Part shown: one piece after another, positions 1 through 12,499 of the stretch | Layout of the letters: each line of letters begins with the position of its first letter | How positions within the stretch are numbered: the first letter of the stretch is position 1 | DNA from: Nemertoderma westbladi | Taxonomy: Eukaryota; Animalia; Xenacoelomorpha | DNA: 61,074 nt | Assembly (NCBI GenBank): GCA_032718475.1 | Contig: JAUCBJ010009011.1 | Coordinates: 1-61,074, forward strand | Reading direction: 5' to 3' | Translations under genes and position numbers: made by a program | Notes under the pieces: generated by a model | Seen by the model: the letters and a program-made list of their open reading frames with translations, nothing else | Database searches by the model: none | What the model was told of the DNA's origin: nothing

Positions 1-589
1 CCAGCATACCGATTATAGATAGATAATTGATACCTGAAGAAGGTGGACAGTCCAATCACTAACATGGATAATGGACAGACCAATCATGGTCGATTTGCGT
101 CACACAGCATGTCCACCTTTTAAGGCTTTGTTGTCCACCTTTTTCAAATTTGAATAAGGTGGACCGGGTTGAGAAAAACAGGCAATGAATTGACCAATCA
201 GATTGATTTGCACATTATTATTATCCCATACTTACTGTGACCAACCGAAGTTGTCGAAATTGGCCTTGTTCAATAATATGGGGCGAGCCACGCGATAGCA
301 TCAATATTGGAACGTCAATATTCTAACTCATTACAGTATAAAGTTAATTATAATAACTACCGGTGGGGTACCTATTGTACTGTGAGGGAAGTATAATATG
401 CTTTATTTACCGTTCATCCCGAGATCTGTTATTAAACGACCGAGCGCAGCGGGGAGGTAGATAAGTCCCCCTATTTTGGGAGTGGCGGTCCGAAACCCTA
501 ATTCAAAGTGGAAATGGAGGCCCAAAACCTTAATTAAAACTGTCATGTAACCCCAACCTTAAATATTTTGGATCCTAAATCCAAAAGAT

Positions 590-990
590 TCATCCAATAT
601 ATCCAATAGAAAGAGTGCAACGTTACTTTACACGTAGACTATTTGATCGAAGTGGACTCAGTAGCCGAAGTTATCTGGAACGTTTGCAATACTTAACTTT
701 ACAACCGTTAGAAGTTCGTAGGATTGTTTACGATTTAAAGACGCTTTATTGCATAATTAACAATGTTGTTGATCTAGACTATGACTATGATATATTTTTC
801 AAAAGTGCTAGTATGTAGTAGGCCAGGGTCGAGAGGCCATAATTAAAAACTGTTTCAACAATGTACCAGGCTCCAGATTACAGTAGTAAGTTCTCCTTTG
901 GTAATCGAATAGTTAATATATGGAATAATTTACCGGTTGATGTCGTAAACTCGACGAACAAAGATATTTTATTCGAAGGTAAAAAATGTT
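590..990 (+). pseudogene. 3' remnant of a CR1/L2-group LINE ORF2
   Basis: IERVQRYFTRRL...SYLERLQYLTLQPLEVRRIVYDL, then broken frames with SRGHN and FGNRIVNIWNNLP, the typical post-RT C-terminus of CR1/L2 LINEs. Confidence 0.75.
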
Positions 991-2254
991 AATTCACTGA
1001 GGTATTGTAAATTTAATAGAGCTTTGTAAATATATTATACTGTATCACTAGTAGACCCTATTGTATGTAATTTTACCTGTAAATAAATATATTAATGCAT
1101 TGAATTTTACTTGAGTTTTTATTTTATTCGTGTGTTTTTATGTGCATTCATTGAGAAACGGAGTGGAATTCCTTGGCTAAAAGATTATCCCATTCATAAT
1201 CGGATATTGTAAATACGTCATATTTATTTTTGTATATCGTACGTCATAATGAGACTATAACGTGATCGCACACTGTAGTCATCGTCTTTATTTTCGTGTT
1301 TGCCAATATTCCAGCATGGTGGCAACAGAAACCTACTCATCCAATCACATCACACCATCACTTTTCCATCCGCCTATCTGTATCTTCCGATTGGAAATTG
1401 GGTTAGTTTTCCCAGTCCTGCAGTCCTCTGGTCCTACAGCCTGTACACGTACAGTACGGTACCAGCTGACCAGGGTACCATACCATAAGCAGAGTACACA
1501 GTTCCACAGTCAGACCATGTAGCCATGGGGCCTACTCACTCATGGCCTACCACAGTACCACAGGCCATGCATGCCATGGGCCTACTACACAGCTACATAC
1601 TATGTATATATACAGCCTGACCGGTCACCTTGAGAGGACTCTTGCTCTTACTGCTTACCATGACGCCAGTTTTTTTCAGTATTTTAACAGCCTGATACTG
1701 TCTGACTGTGATAGCAGTTCTGCAATTGCAATACTCGAATACTGTCAGCATGGCCTACTGCTGACTGCTGTACTGGCAGACTGGCCTACTAAAAACCTAG
1801 TCCGGTCTGCCGCCTGGCCGCTCAGCCGGTAGTCAGCTAGACCGCACGTTCAGCGTTCTCACGTCAGCACGTTACTGAATAATGAATAGTCCTACCCCTA
1901 CTGCCTACTGCCCTAGGCAGCTTCAGCTAGGCCCTACATACACGGTTGACGGTCGCTAGATGCTAGCTAGACTGCTAGACTAGACTGCACTGCAGCACTG
2001 CTAGATGCCGAGACCGAGATGGTATCCTTATCCTACGCCAGCCAGCGCACCCTCCAGCCCTCTGCCTCTCGATTCAAAATTTACTGAATTATGACTTATG
2101 AGACATTAAACAGTTAATCGGGCCAGGCTGCAGGCTGCAAACCACCATTGAACCGCGCACAACGCCTGCGCACAATTTTTCGGCGGCGCAATATTTGACA
2201 ATATACCGCGCATGCACCGAAAAAAACGCGCAGACCACATTTTAACAATGTAAA

Positions 2255-2695
2255 CGAGAAACATACGCCAGGCCAGCGAAGCGAGCAAAACCTTTTCATT
2301 AACACTGTAACATTGCAAAATGAACAGATGAAAAAGAAACGCGAGCAAAACTCAATGCAGCAATGTGAGATAAATTTGTTTATTCTAACAGCTGAACAGT
2401 GCAAAATGATAAGATAAAGAAACGCGAGCAAAGCTCAAATAAGCGAAATTTTTTCCTTCTAACAGTGCAAAGTGAAAAAGAAACGAGAGCAAATCTCAAA
2501 GTGAGTGAAATTTTTTTCATTCCACAGTGCAAAATGAAAAAGAAACGCGAGCAAAACTCAAAGTGTTCGAAATTTTTTCATTCTAACAGTGCAAAATGAA
2601 AAAGAAACGCGAGCAAAACTCAAAGTGAGCGAAATTTTTTTATTCCACAGTGCAACATGCAAATAAACGCAAGCGAAGCGAGCGAATTTTTTTGT
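2255..2695. repeat. Degenerate ~58-60-bp tandem repeat (~6-7 units)
   Basis: Recurrent ACAGTGCAAAATGAAAAAGAAACGCGAGCAAAACTCAAAGTGAGCGAAATTTTTT units ~400 bp upstream of IST1. Confidence 0.85.
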
Positions 2696-3100
2696 GGCAA
2701 ATTATTTTTCACTTTGAATGCATGTAAACTTTTTTACACTTCATCCACCTGTCAGCCTGTACCGGTACGCGCACTTCACGACTTTGAATCTCTTGCACAG
2801 ATTACTGCGCACTTTTGTTGTCTTTCCAGTATTTCCCCGTCTTTTTTCCTGCCTGCCTGCTATTTCCACGAGGAGACCGGGAAATTTGAGCAAAATATCA
2901 AAGTCTTTTCTTACATACGTACGCGTACGATGCAGTACTGACTGGTAATTCTGACCGGAAATTCCCCAAATGATTATAAATAGGCATATCTTACCTGTGA
3001 GGTTTTATCAATTTATTTTTTTTTATGATAATGAAATTATAATTATACTGTATAGGCCTAGTGTATAGGCCTACATGGTATAGCCTAACAAAACATCAAA

Positions 3101-4429
3101 ATGTTTAGTGGATTTAAGTCGAACAAACTGAGGGTCAATCTGAGACTCGCGATGCAAAGACTCAAAATGTTAGAAAAGAAACGGACAGAGCAGGCGCAGA
3201 AAGCGCGCAAAGAGATCGCAGAGTACCTCAAATGCGGCAAGGACGAGAGAGCTAGGATACGTGTGGAACACATCATAAGGGAGGATTACATGGTTGAGGC
3301 CTTCGAGATAGTAGAAATGTACTGCGACCTAATGTTGGCGAGAATCGGGCTCCTCGAGACCATGAAAGCCGTAGACGAGAGTCTGGAAGAGACGGTTAAC
3401 GGACTTATATGGGTGGCGCCACGGATGCATTCCGACGTGGCCGAGCTCAAGATCATATCGGACATGTTATTCGGTAAGTACGGGAAGGAGTACGGACAGA
3501 TGGCGCGAATCAACCAGTTTGGGAAGGTCAACCAACGACTCATCGCCAAGATGTCCCCGGCAGCTCCGCCACGGTCGCTGGTCGAGAACTACCTGGTGGA
3601 AATCGCCAGGGCCTACGGCATCGTCTATGAGCCAGATCCGTCCGCACTGCAGGAGGTCGACGACCTCATAGAGATGGGACCTCCGCCGTCGCCCCCCGCC
3701 TTCTCAGGGGGAGGGAAGGGGGCATCCTTCCCCCCTGGGGGCGGCAGTGGGGCTTCCTTCCCCCCAGGGGGCGGCAGTGGGGGGCTCCCCTACCCCGCTC
3801 CAGGCTCCGAAACCTTCCCCACTCCCGCCCCCTTCTACCCCCCGAGCAACGAACCAGCCCATCGCCCCTTCCAGTATCCTAGTAGCCAGGCCCCCGTGGA
3901 TTACCAAGCGCCGCCCCTCCCCAGTAAGCCCCCGGTGGGGGCGGCGGGAGGGGGCGGCAAGATATCCCCGCCCCCCGCTGTGCCCTCCTACGAGGAGCTC
4001 TACGGAGTGGACACCAAGCCCGCAGGCTCCGCCAACCAGGTCCTCCCCCCGTTCGCTAACCCGGGGTCCCAGTCGTCGGACCAGCCTGTGGTCCCACCGC
4101 GGCCCGCCAGCTGGGACAACCAACCCCCCGCTGAGCTCGCTCCCGAACCGAGCCACCCTCCCCAACCGGCTCCCAACGCCACCGGCTATCCTCCCCAACC
4201 GGCTCCCAATGACCCCGGCTATCCCCCGCAACCCGCACCCCGGTCTCACCCTGCCTTCCCACCCCCCGTATCCGGTCTACCCGATCTTCCATCTGTCCCT
4301 AACACTCTGGGAACCCCTCCATCCTCCAGTCGCCATCTCCCCGCGCCACAGCGGCCAGACGACACGTCTAGCGATGTGGACTTCGACGATTTGACGCGGC
4401 GATTTGAGGAGCTGAAGAAAAAGAAATAG
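3101..4429 (+). CDS. IST1: IST1 homolog (ESCRT-III-like regulator of Vps4), single coding exon, 442 aa
   Basis: N-terminal Ist1 domain (FKSNKLRVNLRL...KARKEIAEYL..GKDERARIRVEHIIREDY), Pro-rich linker, MIM2-like LPDLPSVP and C-terminal MIM1 DFDDLTRRFEELKKKK; uninterrupted ORF. Confidence 0.97.
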   Translation: MFSGFKSNKLRVNLRLAMQRLKMLEKKRTEQAQKARKEIAEYLKCGKDERARIRVEHIIREDYMVEAFEIVEMYCDLMLARIGLLETMKAVDESLEETVNGLIWVAPRMHSDVAELKIISDMLFGKYGKEYGQMARINQFGKVNQRLIAKMSPAAPPRSLVENYLVEIARAYGIVYEPDPSALQEVDDLIEMGPPPSPPAFSGGGKGASFPPGGGSGASFPPGGGSGGLPYPAPGSETFPTPAPFYPPSNEPAHRPFQYPSSQAPVDYQAPPLPSKPPVGAAGGGGKISPPPAVPSYEELYGVDTKPAGSANQVLPPFANPGSQSSDQPVVPPRPASWDNQPPAELAPEPSHPPQPAPNATGYPPQPAPNDPGYPPQPAPRSHPAFPPPVSGLPDLPSVPNTLGTPPSSSRHLPAPQRPDDTSSDVDFDDLTRRFEELKKKK

Positions 4430-4964
4430 CCCAAATAAATTAGCGGTAATTTAACATTTCGGCCAATGGCGATCTCTGTGCCTCTAATATTATTAATTAT
4501 TAACTCAACAGATTTAATGTATATTTGATCATCAAATGATTCCGAATATATCAGCGTTGTAGAATTTAGATTTTATACTGTTTTTTTAGTTAATATTTAC
4601 CTCAGTTTAAGTAAATAAATTTAACAAATACATTTCCGTATCTTACCGGCTATTCCGTATCGTACGTACCGGCTATTCCCGTGGCACTTTATTTTTGTTA
4701 TGAAGTTGGTGATTGATATATTTATAAATGCATTACAAGAAACCAGAAAATGTATTCCCCTGACATCAGATACGAGGAGTTACCCTTCAACATGCTTTTT
4801 GTCTTTCTTTACCTTTTTTGTGATAGAATGTAGCATTACACTACCGGTACGGTACCGTACGTAACGATGGCTCGAACTTTTGCATTTTGCAGAATATTAC
4901 AAAAAAAATGTTTTCTTCTTTCTTCTACAGTTAGGCTTTGAGAAAGGTCTCACAGTTAGCAGAA

Positions 4965-5030
4965 AGTCTCACTACCCTACGCACGGGGATCGAACCCACA
5001 ACGCCCTCTGGTGATATGTGAATTCGAGGC
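4965..5030 (-). mobile_element. Degenerate tRNA-derived SINE head
   Basis: Minus strand has B-box GGGTTCGATCCCCG; similar to the copy near 7060-7130 (shared GGATCGAACCCA...ATGTGAATTC). Confidence 0.55.
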
Positions 5031-6929
5031 AATTTTATTGTAAAGTACTTTGCAGTGTTCTGATCCCTGTGGGTTTATTTTTACTAACTCACTACGTTCC
5101 TTCGGACCACACGGACCAGTAAACACAGACTTGTAAAGTCTTCATTATTATAATTATTAATATATTAATTATTATAAATTCAAATAGTTGGTATTGATTA
5201 GGGATGGGAATCCGGAAGCATTCGGAAGTTTCCTTTAAAAATCTCCCGGCTTATCGTTTTTATTATTTTTTCGTTTTTTTTTTTACAATTTTTGAAATAA
5301 AGAAGCTGATAAAGTAAATTGAGTAATTTACTAAGGTCCGGCACTATTATTATCCAAATTGTCTGAAATATTTCAATTTTTAAAGCGCGAAAAGATGTGA
5401 GTACCGGTATCTTATTTTCAGTGAACATTGTGCACCACCACCCCCCTTAATCAGTTTCTTCTTGATTCTCGTTTATTATATTTTGGATATATTTTACTTT
5501 TTTATTTTCCAATATTATTTATACTCTTTTACTCATCAAACTACCAGTGGCCCGTACCCATAATAATAATATAGCTACTATTGTATTGTAAAGGTTTTCG
5601 GGCATACATTATTGCACTAAATATAAAAACCCGTGGAGAACTCGTTGAGCGCACCAAAATATGTATGTATTGAATACGCTAAAATTTTTCCAGCGAAAAC
5701 ACAAATTCGGATGAAAACACAAATTCGGGTTCTCAATAAACGAGTGATTCCTTCTTAGTGGTTCATCATGGTTTCTTCTGTTATGACAAATTATAGTTAA
5801 AATTACCTTTCCAGAAATTTCCAGATATTCCCGTGATGAAACAAATTTCTCGAAACTCCCATCCCTAATTGATTCTTTACACATACTTATTATGATTTAA
5901 TTGGGGGTGATTCGGATCCGGATGCAGTTACAGGTCCAATTATTATTATATTTATTGTTTTTATTATAATTTATATATCGTCAATAATGTGGTAATCATA
6001 TTACAGTATGTTCACTCTCCTTGTTAAATTAATAACATTGAACGATTGAAGGTAAATTTATACATATGAAATTGATGGTTAGGTGGAAAATAGGCGAGAA
6101 AGATAAATAGAAAAATATATGAAGATCAATAATAATAATTAATAGTGTTAATTTCTCCTTTTTTTCCTAATAATCGACTTTCGTCTGATGCTTCTTCACA
6201 TTTGTTGTCATATTTGTGAAAATTAGTTTAATAAAAAAATTTGAACTTTTAAATCAACTTGGTGAATTACAAATTACTCAACAAAGGCTAATAACTACAG
6301 TATTTTTATTTATAAAAATATTTTAGTCACTGATTTATCTTTGGTGTTGATAATTTGCTGTTTGGCGATTGCCAATTATTTACATATTTTTGAATGATAA
6401 CTTATCGAGCTGTTAGTCTTTATATTTACTGTTATAATTAATGTGCTTTGTCCATTATATTTAAGTTATTTATTTATTTACCTACATTTTATTCACGTAA
6501 TAATTCTTTACCTGGATATTTACGGGGTTAACATGGATGGATAATCCTACTAATAACTCCCGAAAGATTCTCTTAGCACTGACCAGTAGGCTGTTCCCTT
6601 TTCTGTCGCTAGGAGGGTAAATAATTGAAAGTGCAAACCGTTTCTTTGTTTACAGATGTACCACATTTTGGCACCAAGTAACTTACTGTAGTTATCTGTG
6701 AACGTGAAACATGTATCACCTCACCACCGGGGGAAACCGAAGAGCCCTCCCTCTTGGAGCAGTAAGGCATGGCAGGCGCCAATCTAAGCCACGGCCCCAT
6801 TATACAGCAGGATTGGCGAAATCACTCAACGTCCAAATTTTTTATATTATTTACACACCAGTACGAATTTGCTACAACCTTTACTCAGATTCAAACCTTG
6901 CCACTAAACACTATTAATTGTGATAATAA

Positions 6930-7130
6930 GCATTCTGGCGCTCTATCCATTCCAACACAATCCAAACATATCAAAGGCCACTCGATCTTACCCACTGTAT
7001 GTACCAGAGATGCGCCCTGGCTGGTCCCTTTAAAGCATTCGTGCCGAAATGAAAACTGCCATGGCCCGTGTGAGGATCGAACCCATGACCTACGGGAGAT
7101 GTGAATTCAATGCAACCACTACACCAAGGT
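6930..7130 (-). mobile_element. tRNA-derived SINE (Pol III A/B boxes)
   Basis: Minus strand reads CCTTGGTGTAGTGGTT (A box)...GGGTTCGATCCTC (B box) without a proper cloverleaf; the 3' extent is approximate. Confidence 0.65.
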
Positions 7131-7140
7131 GGAACCTAAG

Positions 7141-7800
7141 CTGGAGTTGAAGGAGTGTTAATAGTTGGAGTTGTAGTGGTGGTGGTAACTATTGTTCAAC
7201 CGGAGCACCGGCTGTGGACCGGCTCCAGGCCAGGTTTGCCCTGTCCGGCTCCGGTCCGGCCCTGGTAAAATAGTTGCCGGAGCTCCGGTAAAAAGTTACA
7301 TGCCCTGCAAAGCATAAAATGACTGAATGAAGAAATCAGGAAATATGTATGCAGTGTATGTACTGTACCGTCACCGTCTGACCATGTATGATGATCCTGA
7401 TATGCAGTAAATGCAGTACCTGTTTGCTGTTTGAGAGTTTACAGACAGTCCAGCAGTCTAACAGTAGGACAATTCCATTCTGCTGATACCAGTGTACCTA
7501 AGTTGGGGAAGTTAGTAAGTTACAGTACGGTACCTATCTAACCTCTGTCTGTCTGTACAGTCTGACAGTAGTACCAACATGACAGTTTGCATGCAAGGCC
7601 AATTCACATACCTGGTCCGGCTCCGGACCAGCTCCGGGCACAATCTTCCTTACCCGGCTCCGGTCCGGTACCCGGCAAAATTCGTGACCCGGTTGAACAA
7701 TAGTGGTAACAGTTGGAGTTGCAGGGGTCGTAATAGTTGGAGTTGAAGGAGTGGCAATAGTTGGAGTTGTAGTGGTGGTGGTAATAGGGGTCGTCGGTAG
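7141..7800. repeat. Degenerate ~21-24-bp minisatellite (GTTGGAGTTGTAGTGGTGGTAATA), interrupted by a MITE; same unit recurs at 9150-9240
   Basis: Repeated TAATAGTTGGAGTTG(T/A/C)AG units; Thr/Pro-rich on the minus strand, probably the low-complexity tail of the pogo remnant. Confidence 0.7.
7190..7702. mobile_element. Non-autonomous hAT-type MITE
   Basis: 14-bp TIR TATTGTTCAACCGG / CCGGTTGAACAATA; perfect 8-bp TSD GTGGTAAC (7182-7189, 7703-7710); CCGG subterminal repeats. Confidence 0.9.
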
Positions 7801-8178
7801 TACAGGGGGTAATTTTATAAAAGTTGTTGAAAATAGTTGATCAATAGCTCATTCAAAAGGTATTTTTATGATGATTCCAAATATGTTCTACTTTTCAGCT
7901 TTTAGTGCAGTCAAAATGAGCATACAGCGATTGAAAATATATAAGCTCAATCTGAAGCGGTTCATAGTATAATTATAATTCACACTGTAGTATGGGAATG
8001 GTCATGAATTCAAATAAAACATGAATATTGCGATTTGACAGTTGTAATATTTAGTACCTGTACAGATGTATTATATTTATTAATATTTAGTATTATTAGT
8101 ACTACAATTACATATTTAGTAAGCCCAGGACAATAAAATCCTTTGAAATGGGCATTTATTGCATCATGGTTGAAGGGT

Positions 8179-9150
8179 TTAAAGTTCATTGATCTTACTG
8201 ATTTCGAAAGATCCCACGATCCAACAACATTTATAGGAATAATTTGAAGTTTTGTGATGACTGTATATCAGGTGATGAAGGATATCTCCACTTAACATCA
8301 CTAGCTTCATCGATTCGATTAAGATGTTCAACCTTATATCCATCATTATTAGAACTATGCAACTGAAGGCACATTGCAATATACCATACTCATCCAGTTG
8401 GAAGATCCCAAATTACAATGAGTGGTTCATTTACTATCGGCGTAAATCCATCATTATACAGTGAGTCAGATTCACTTCCATGGGTCACATCAGGCTGAGA
8501 GTTATATTATATTCAGGCTCACTTAATCGTCATCCTACAAGTTGTGGTTCGATGCGAATATCGAAAGTTCGAATCATGTCATTCTCATCCGGTAGTGGTA
8601 TATTCTTTGACCCACTTCTACTACTATAGTTTGCAATTACTCCTGCCAGATTCGCCTTTAAGTCAATTTCGCTACGCCTCATTACCTTATATAAGCTTGG
8701 GTTGATTTGAAACTCCCATGGATGGGAATGGCAATGCAATATAATTTTGTTACATAGAACCTTTTTATGATCTTGGTCAGTTACCTGAAGTACTTCATCG
8801 ATTTCGAACAAATCTGTTACTTGACCACCCCAAGTTTTACAAGTTATCAGTAACTTTGTTACCCTTGATTGGAGTTGCTGCCTCGTAACAATCTTTGCTT
8901 CCATAATCTCTTTAAATTTGGCATCTTGATTGTGTAACCAGTTCTGTTCTCTCTCATCAAGAATTCAGGCTAACCGAAAAATCTCTGGGCCACGTTCTTT
9001 CACATTCACTTTATAGAGCACCATATCATCTCTTATACACTTTCCACTAAAATTTCGATTCGCACAGGCAGCTGCACTTCTACATAAAACATCAAACTTT
9101 GCTAAGTCATGCTCACAATCCAAGTTGTTAACTGGCAAAAGAAAAGCCAC
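8179..9150 (-). pseudogene. Fragmented unknown ORF, probably a transposase C-terminal remnant
   Basis: Co-oriented broken ORFs (NNLDCEHDLAKFD...GKCIRDDMVLYK; TCKTWGGQV) lying between the two halves of the minisatellite; family not recognised. Confidence 0.35.
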
Positions 9151-9329
9151 TGGTAACAGTTAGAGTTGTAGTGGTGGTAACGGCTGGAGTTGCATGGCTG
9201 GTAACATCTGGAGTTGCAGGGGTGGTAATAGCTGGTATTATAGCAGAAGCAGAGGAATCAACATAAAAGGCAAGTGATGGAAGTATCTTATGTTGTGGAA
9301 CTCTGCAAACTTGTTTAATGGACAGACTT

Positions 9330-9890
9330 TTCGAACCCCTTGATTAAGTATAATGGTGACCCTTGAAAGCAACAAGAAACAGCTTGTTTAGCAATATTGG
9401 GAATGCTGGCTTCTGTACTGTTTTATGCAGTGATTCGCAATAGAATGTAGATAGAATATTATACCATGCCCTCTTTGCTGGCGATTTCTTTCGCATGCGA
9501 TGTATGTGGCGAATACAGATCAAGCTGACTTCGGATTCTTTGGCTAAAACAGCAGTTTGGTACGTCATGTGTGAACCATGACCATCAAATAGTACAATAA
9601 TAGGCTTAGGCTTATCAGCCACTGATGGAAGGAAGACATCTTAAAACCAAGCCTCGAATACGTAGTCTTCCATCCAACCACTAGTTGTTATGTTATAAGC
9701 TGTGTTGGGTGGACCCCCCACTGCCAGGTGAAGGTCATATCAGCAGTTGGGACACCCTTGAAAATTACATATGGAGGGAGGTACTCACTGAGGGCGTTTC
9801 TGCAGAAAAGGACTATGAACATTGTCTTCCCCTCTGAAGGCACAACACAACGTATTGTGCATCCTTGGACCACCGTCGAAATAAGAATAA
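9330..9890 (-). pseudogene. pogo/Tigger-type DDE transposase remnant
   Basis: VLFCRNA..YLPPYVIFKG, SGWM, PIIVLFDGHGSH..LAKE..VSLIC motifs across frameshifted pieces. Confidence 0.85.
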
Positions 9891-11199
9891 GAAACTTTCT
9901 GATTTGCTAATTATACATTTCCAGAGTAATATATGTTATATTGTTTTTGGTACATATTATTAGGTATATACCTTTTTTTTACTTACAAATTACAGCTAAA
10001 AATAAGGAATATAGAATAGCACAAGAGCCTAAAATAGGAGTGAACTGCTGGTTTTATCTCCCTATAAACAGTAATTCAACCAAAGCTCTGCTATTGACAG
10101 TATGTACCGTATAAAATACTGTTGTACAACACAAGAGCCTTTTCTTAAAGCAAATAAGTGATAATTTGTAGCTTTAAAAGCCTTATATGTAGCGGTTGAG
10201 CCTCTTGTCATATCTCCAACAAAAGTAGCACAAGAGCCACTTGCAAGAGCCACTTACAAGAACCACTCAATAGATGATAACTTTCGACTGTCGTAGCAAA
10301 TGTCCTTGGAAACTACAGTACCACCCAACAATATCACGCAATTTTTCAGGGAAGAAAAGAAATCCTGCTGACATTAAAACAGTCTATATATTTTACACTT
10401 TTGTCACGGCAACAGGACCACCCTCACAAGCTCTACATCAAATGCACTGTCTCCCATGTGAGAGCTAGTGGTATGGCCACAGAAGCTTGTACAGTAGATA
10501 ACCGGACCACACCTCCTTACACTACAATAAGTAACCAGACCGCCTCCCTAGATCGCCACATTAACACATATACGAAATGACACATGCTATGATGCTAGTC
10601 TGCATTAAATATAGCAAAGTTTGTAGAAATCCCTTAAAAAAAGAATGGTGACCCCTTCTGTGCGAGGCAATCCACGAAGTCACTCCGTTCGAAGCGAGTC
10701 AGTCTGCTCACCCGTCAGTCCCCCGACTCAAATGTTTTAACGCCAATATCTCAACAACAAGTCTCACAAGTTCACAGTATAACAAGTTTTTGACATTTGG
10801 TATAGAAAACGTTTTGAGAATTACAACTAATTTCACTCAGAATGGGCTCCGAAAATCACTGTAAAAGTTTCATACTGTATGTAGTTTTACTATTTGCACC
10901 ATATTATAAAGGAAACGCCTTTTTCTGGAAACTGTCTCAATTTCCAATGGTGCATTTGTATGCCATGCGTGTATAAAGCAACCAATGTATACTATGATTC
11001 CATACTTTGTAATAATTAATTGTTAGAAAATATTAACTACTGTAGTGTAATTAACTTTTTAAATGTGCTCTTCAGTGGTTCAGCTAGATGGGATTTGCTT
11101 CATTAGCCTCTATCCACCTGTCTCGCATGTAGGCTATTGTATTCAACCTTGACCTTGTTTGCTTTAATATTTTCAGTTGACGATCATAAACATTATACA

Positions 11200-12259
11200 T
11201 AATGTCGGCAAAACATAAAGATGTAATAGTTTATTGCAGGGAAGATGGCCAGTATTTTTCAACCAATATTACAGATGTAATAAATTATCCCAGTGATCCC
11301 ATCAATTGAAGGTGGATTTTACGATGTGCGATATGGTGATAAGATATACAGGTGTCAAATTCTATCCCATGGCAATTTAGGAGATGATACCTTCTCCCTC
11401 ATTTTAGAAAAAGTGAGGCAAATTAAGTGGGATAATTACAGTTTTAAACAAATATTCCAGGCTTTACCACGAGTTTCTGGACCTTCCCAAACATGTCCAA
11501 GGTTCCAATCGTATCTCCAATTAGGTTTTCCCATTGCATCTGAAGACGAATCTCTTTGTGAATCCGCTCCAATTAGATCTACTAATATTTCTTCTCCAAA
11601 AAATACAGCGGGCATGTCAACATCCAACATTTCAAGAATACGTCAATCCGCCGCGCCATTCCTCTTTAAAACAACCAAATGCCCCCCTCAAAAATGTTGG
11701 TGGCATGGCTATGTCAACTACCACATTTAGGAATTCCACAAGGCCGACTGAGAAAAGTTCAGAGTTGCAACTATTGGAGGCAATATATCTAATGACGAAA
11801 GGGAACAGGAGTACACTGTTAAGTCTATCAAAGAGAATGAGTGACATGGAAACCTTAATCCAATCCAATCAAGGTGCTGACCTGTATAGTGGATCGCTCC
11901 AACCTGAAGTGTTAATTCCAGGTACAGAAGAAGTATTAGAAATGCTATCACATGCCCAGCGCTCACAGAACTTACGTCGACTCAGGGGTCATAACTTGAG
12001 GGATGCCGTGAAGAGGCAACTAAAACAATTCATAACAAGGGACTTTGCCAAAAAGGCCAACCTAACAGGGAGGTTGGGTAAATTATCGTTTAAGAAGTTA
12101 GGGATATATAGTATATTAAAGAATATTAATCAGCAACGCACCGATTATACCAATTCAGCGCTTGAGGTCGCCATAAGAATAGCTCACCATTCGTATATTG
12201 ATCAGCGAAAAGTCTCAGGTTTGTGCCTACAGTATAATACTGTACCAGTACTATTATAG
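11200..12259 (+). pseudogene. DUF4806-like protein, frameshifted, probably transposon-borne
   Basis: LRRLRGHNLRDAVKRQLKQFITRDFAKKANLTGRLGKLSFKKL resembles the DUF4806 pattern; two overlapping ORFs imply a frameshift. Confidence 0.55.
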
Positions 12260-12499
12260 GATAGCAATAACAATATGTTACAATATACCGCGGGCTTATT
12301 CGCAACAGAGCTTTCAGAAACCGAATCTCGAATCACAACTGTGTTAATTAAGCATACATTTCGTTTATCCATAGGCATACTCTTCCCTATTACCGTATTA
12401 TTTTAATTATTATTACATTTATATAATAAGTCAAAGGTAAATTAAAGTCAAATATAAATCTACATGAAAGTGCCAATATTTGCGAATTGTAATTTTATT

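Noticed and set aside
1-460. GGTGGAC/GTCCACC inverted motifs and CCAAT boxes at the window start
   Set aside because: Probably a truncated TE end; boundaries cannot be defined in this window.
3704-4434. Overlapping alternative and antisense ORFs in IST1
   Set aside because: By-products of GC-rich Pro codons; no recognisable domains.
7060-7130. Functional tRNA gene
   Set aside because: A/B boxes are present but there is no acceptor/anticodon stem pairing; a diverged second copy at ~5000 indicates a SINE.
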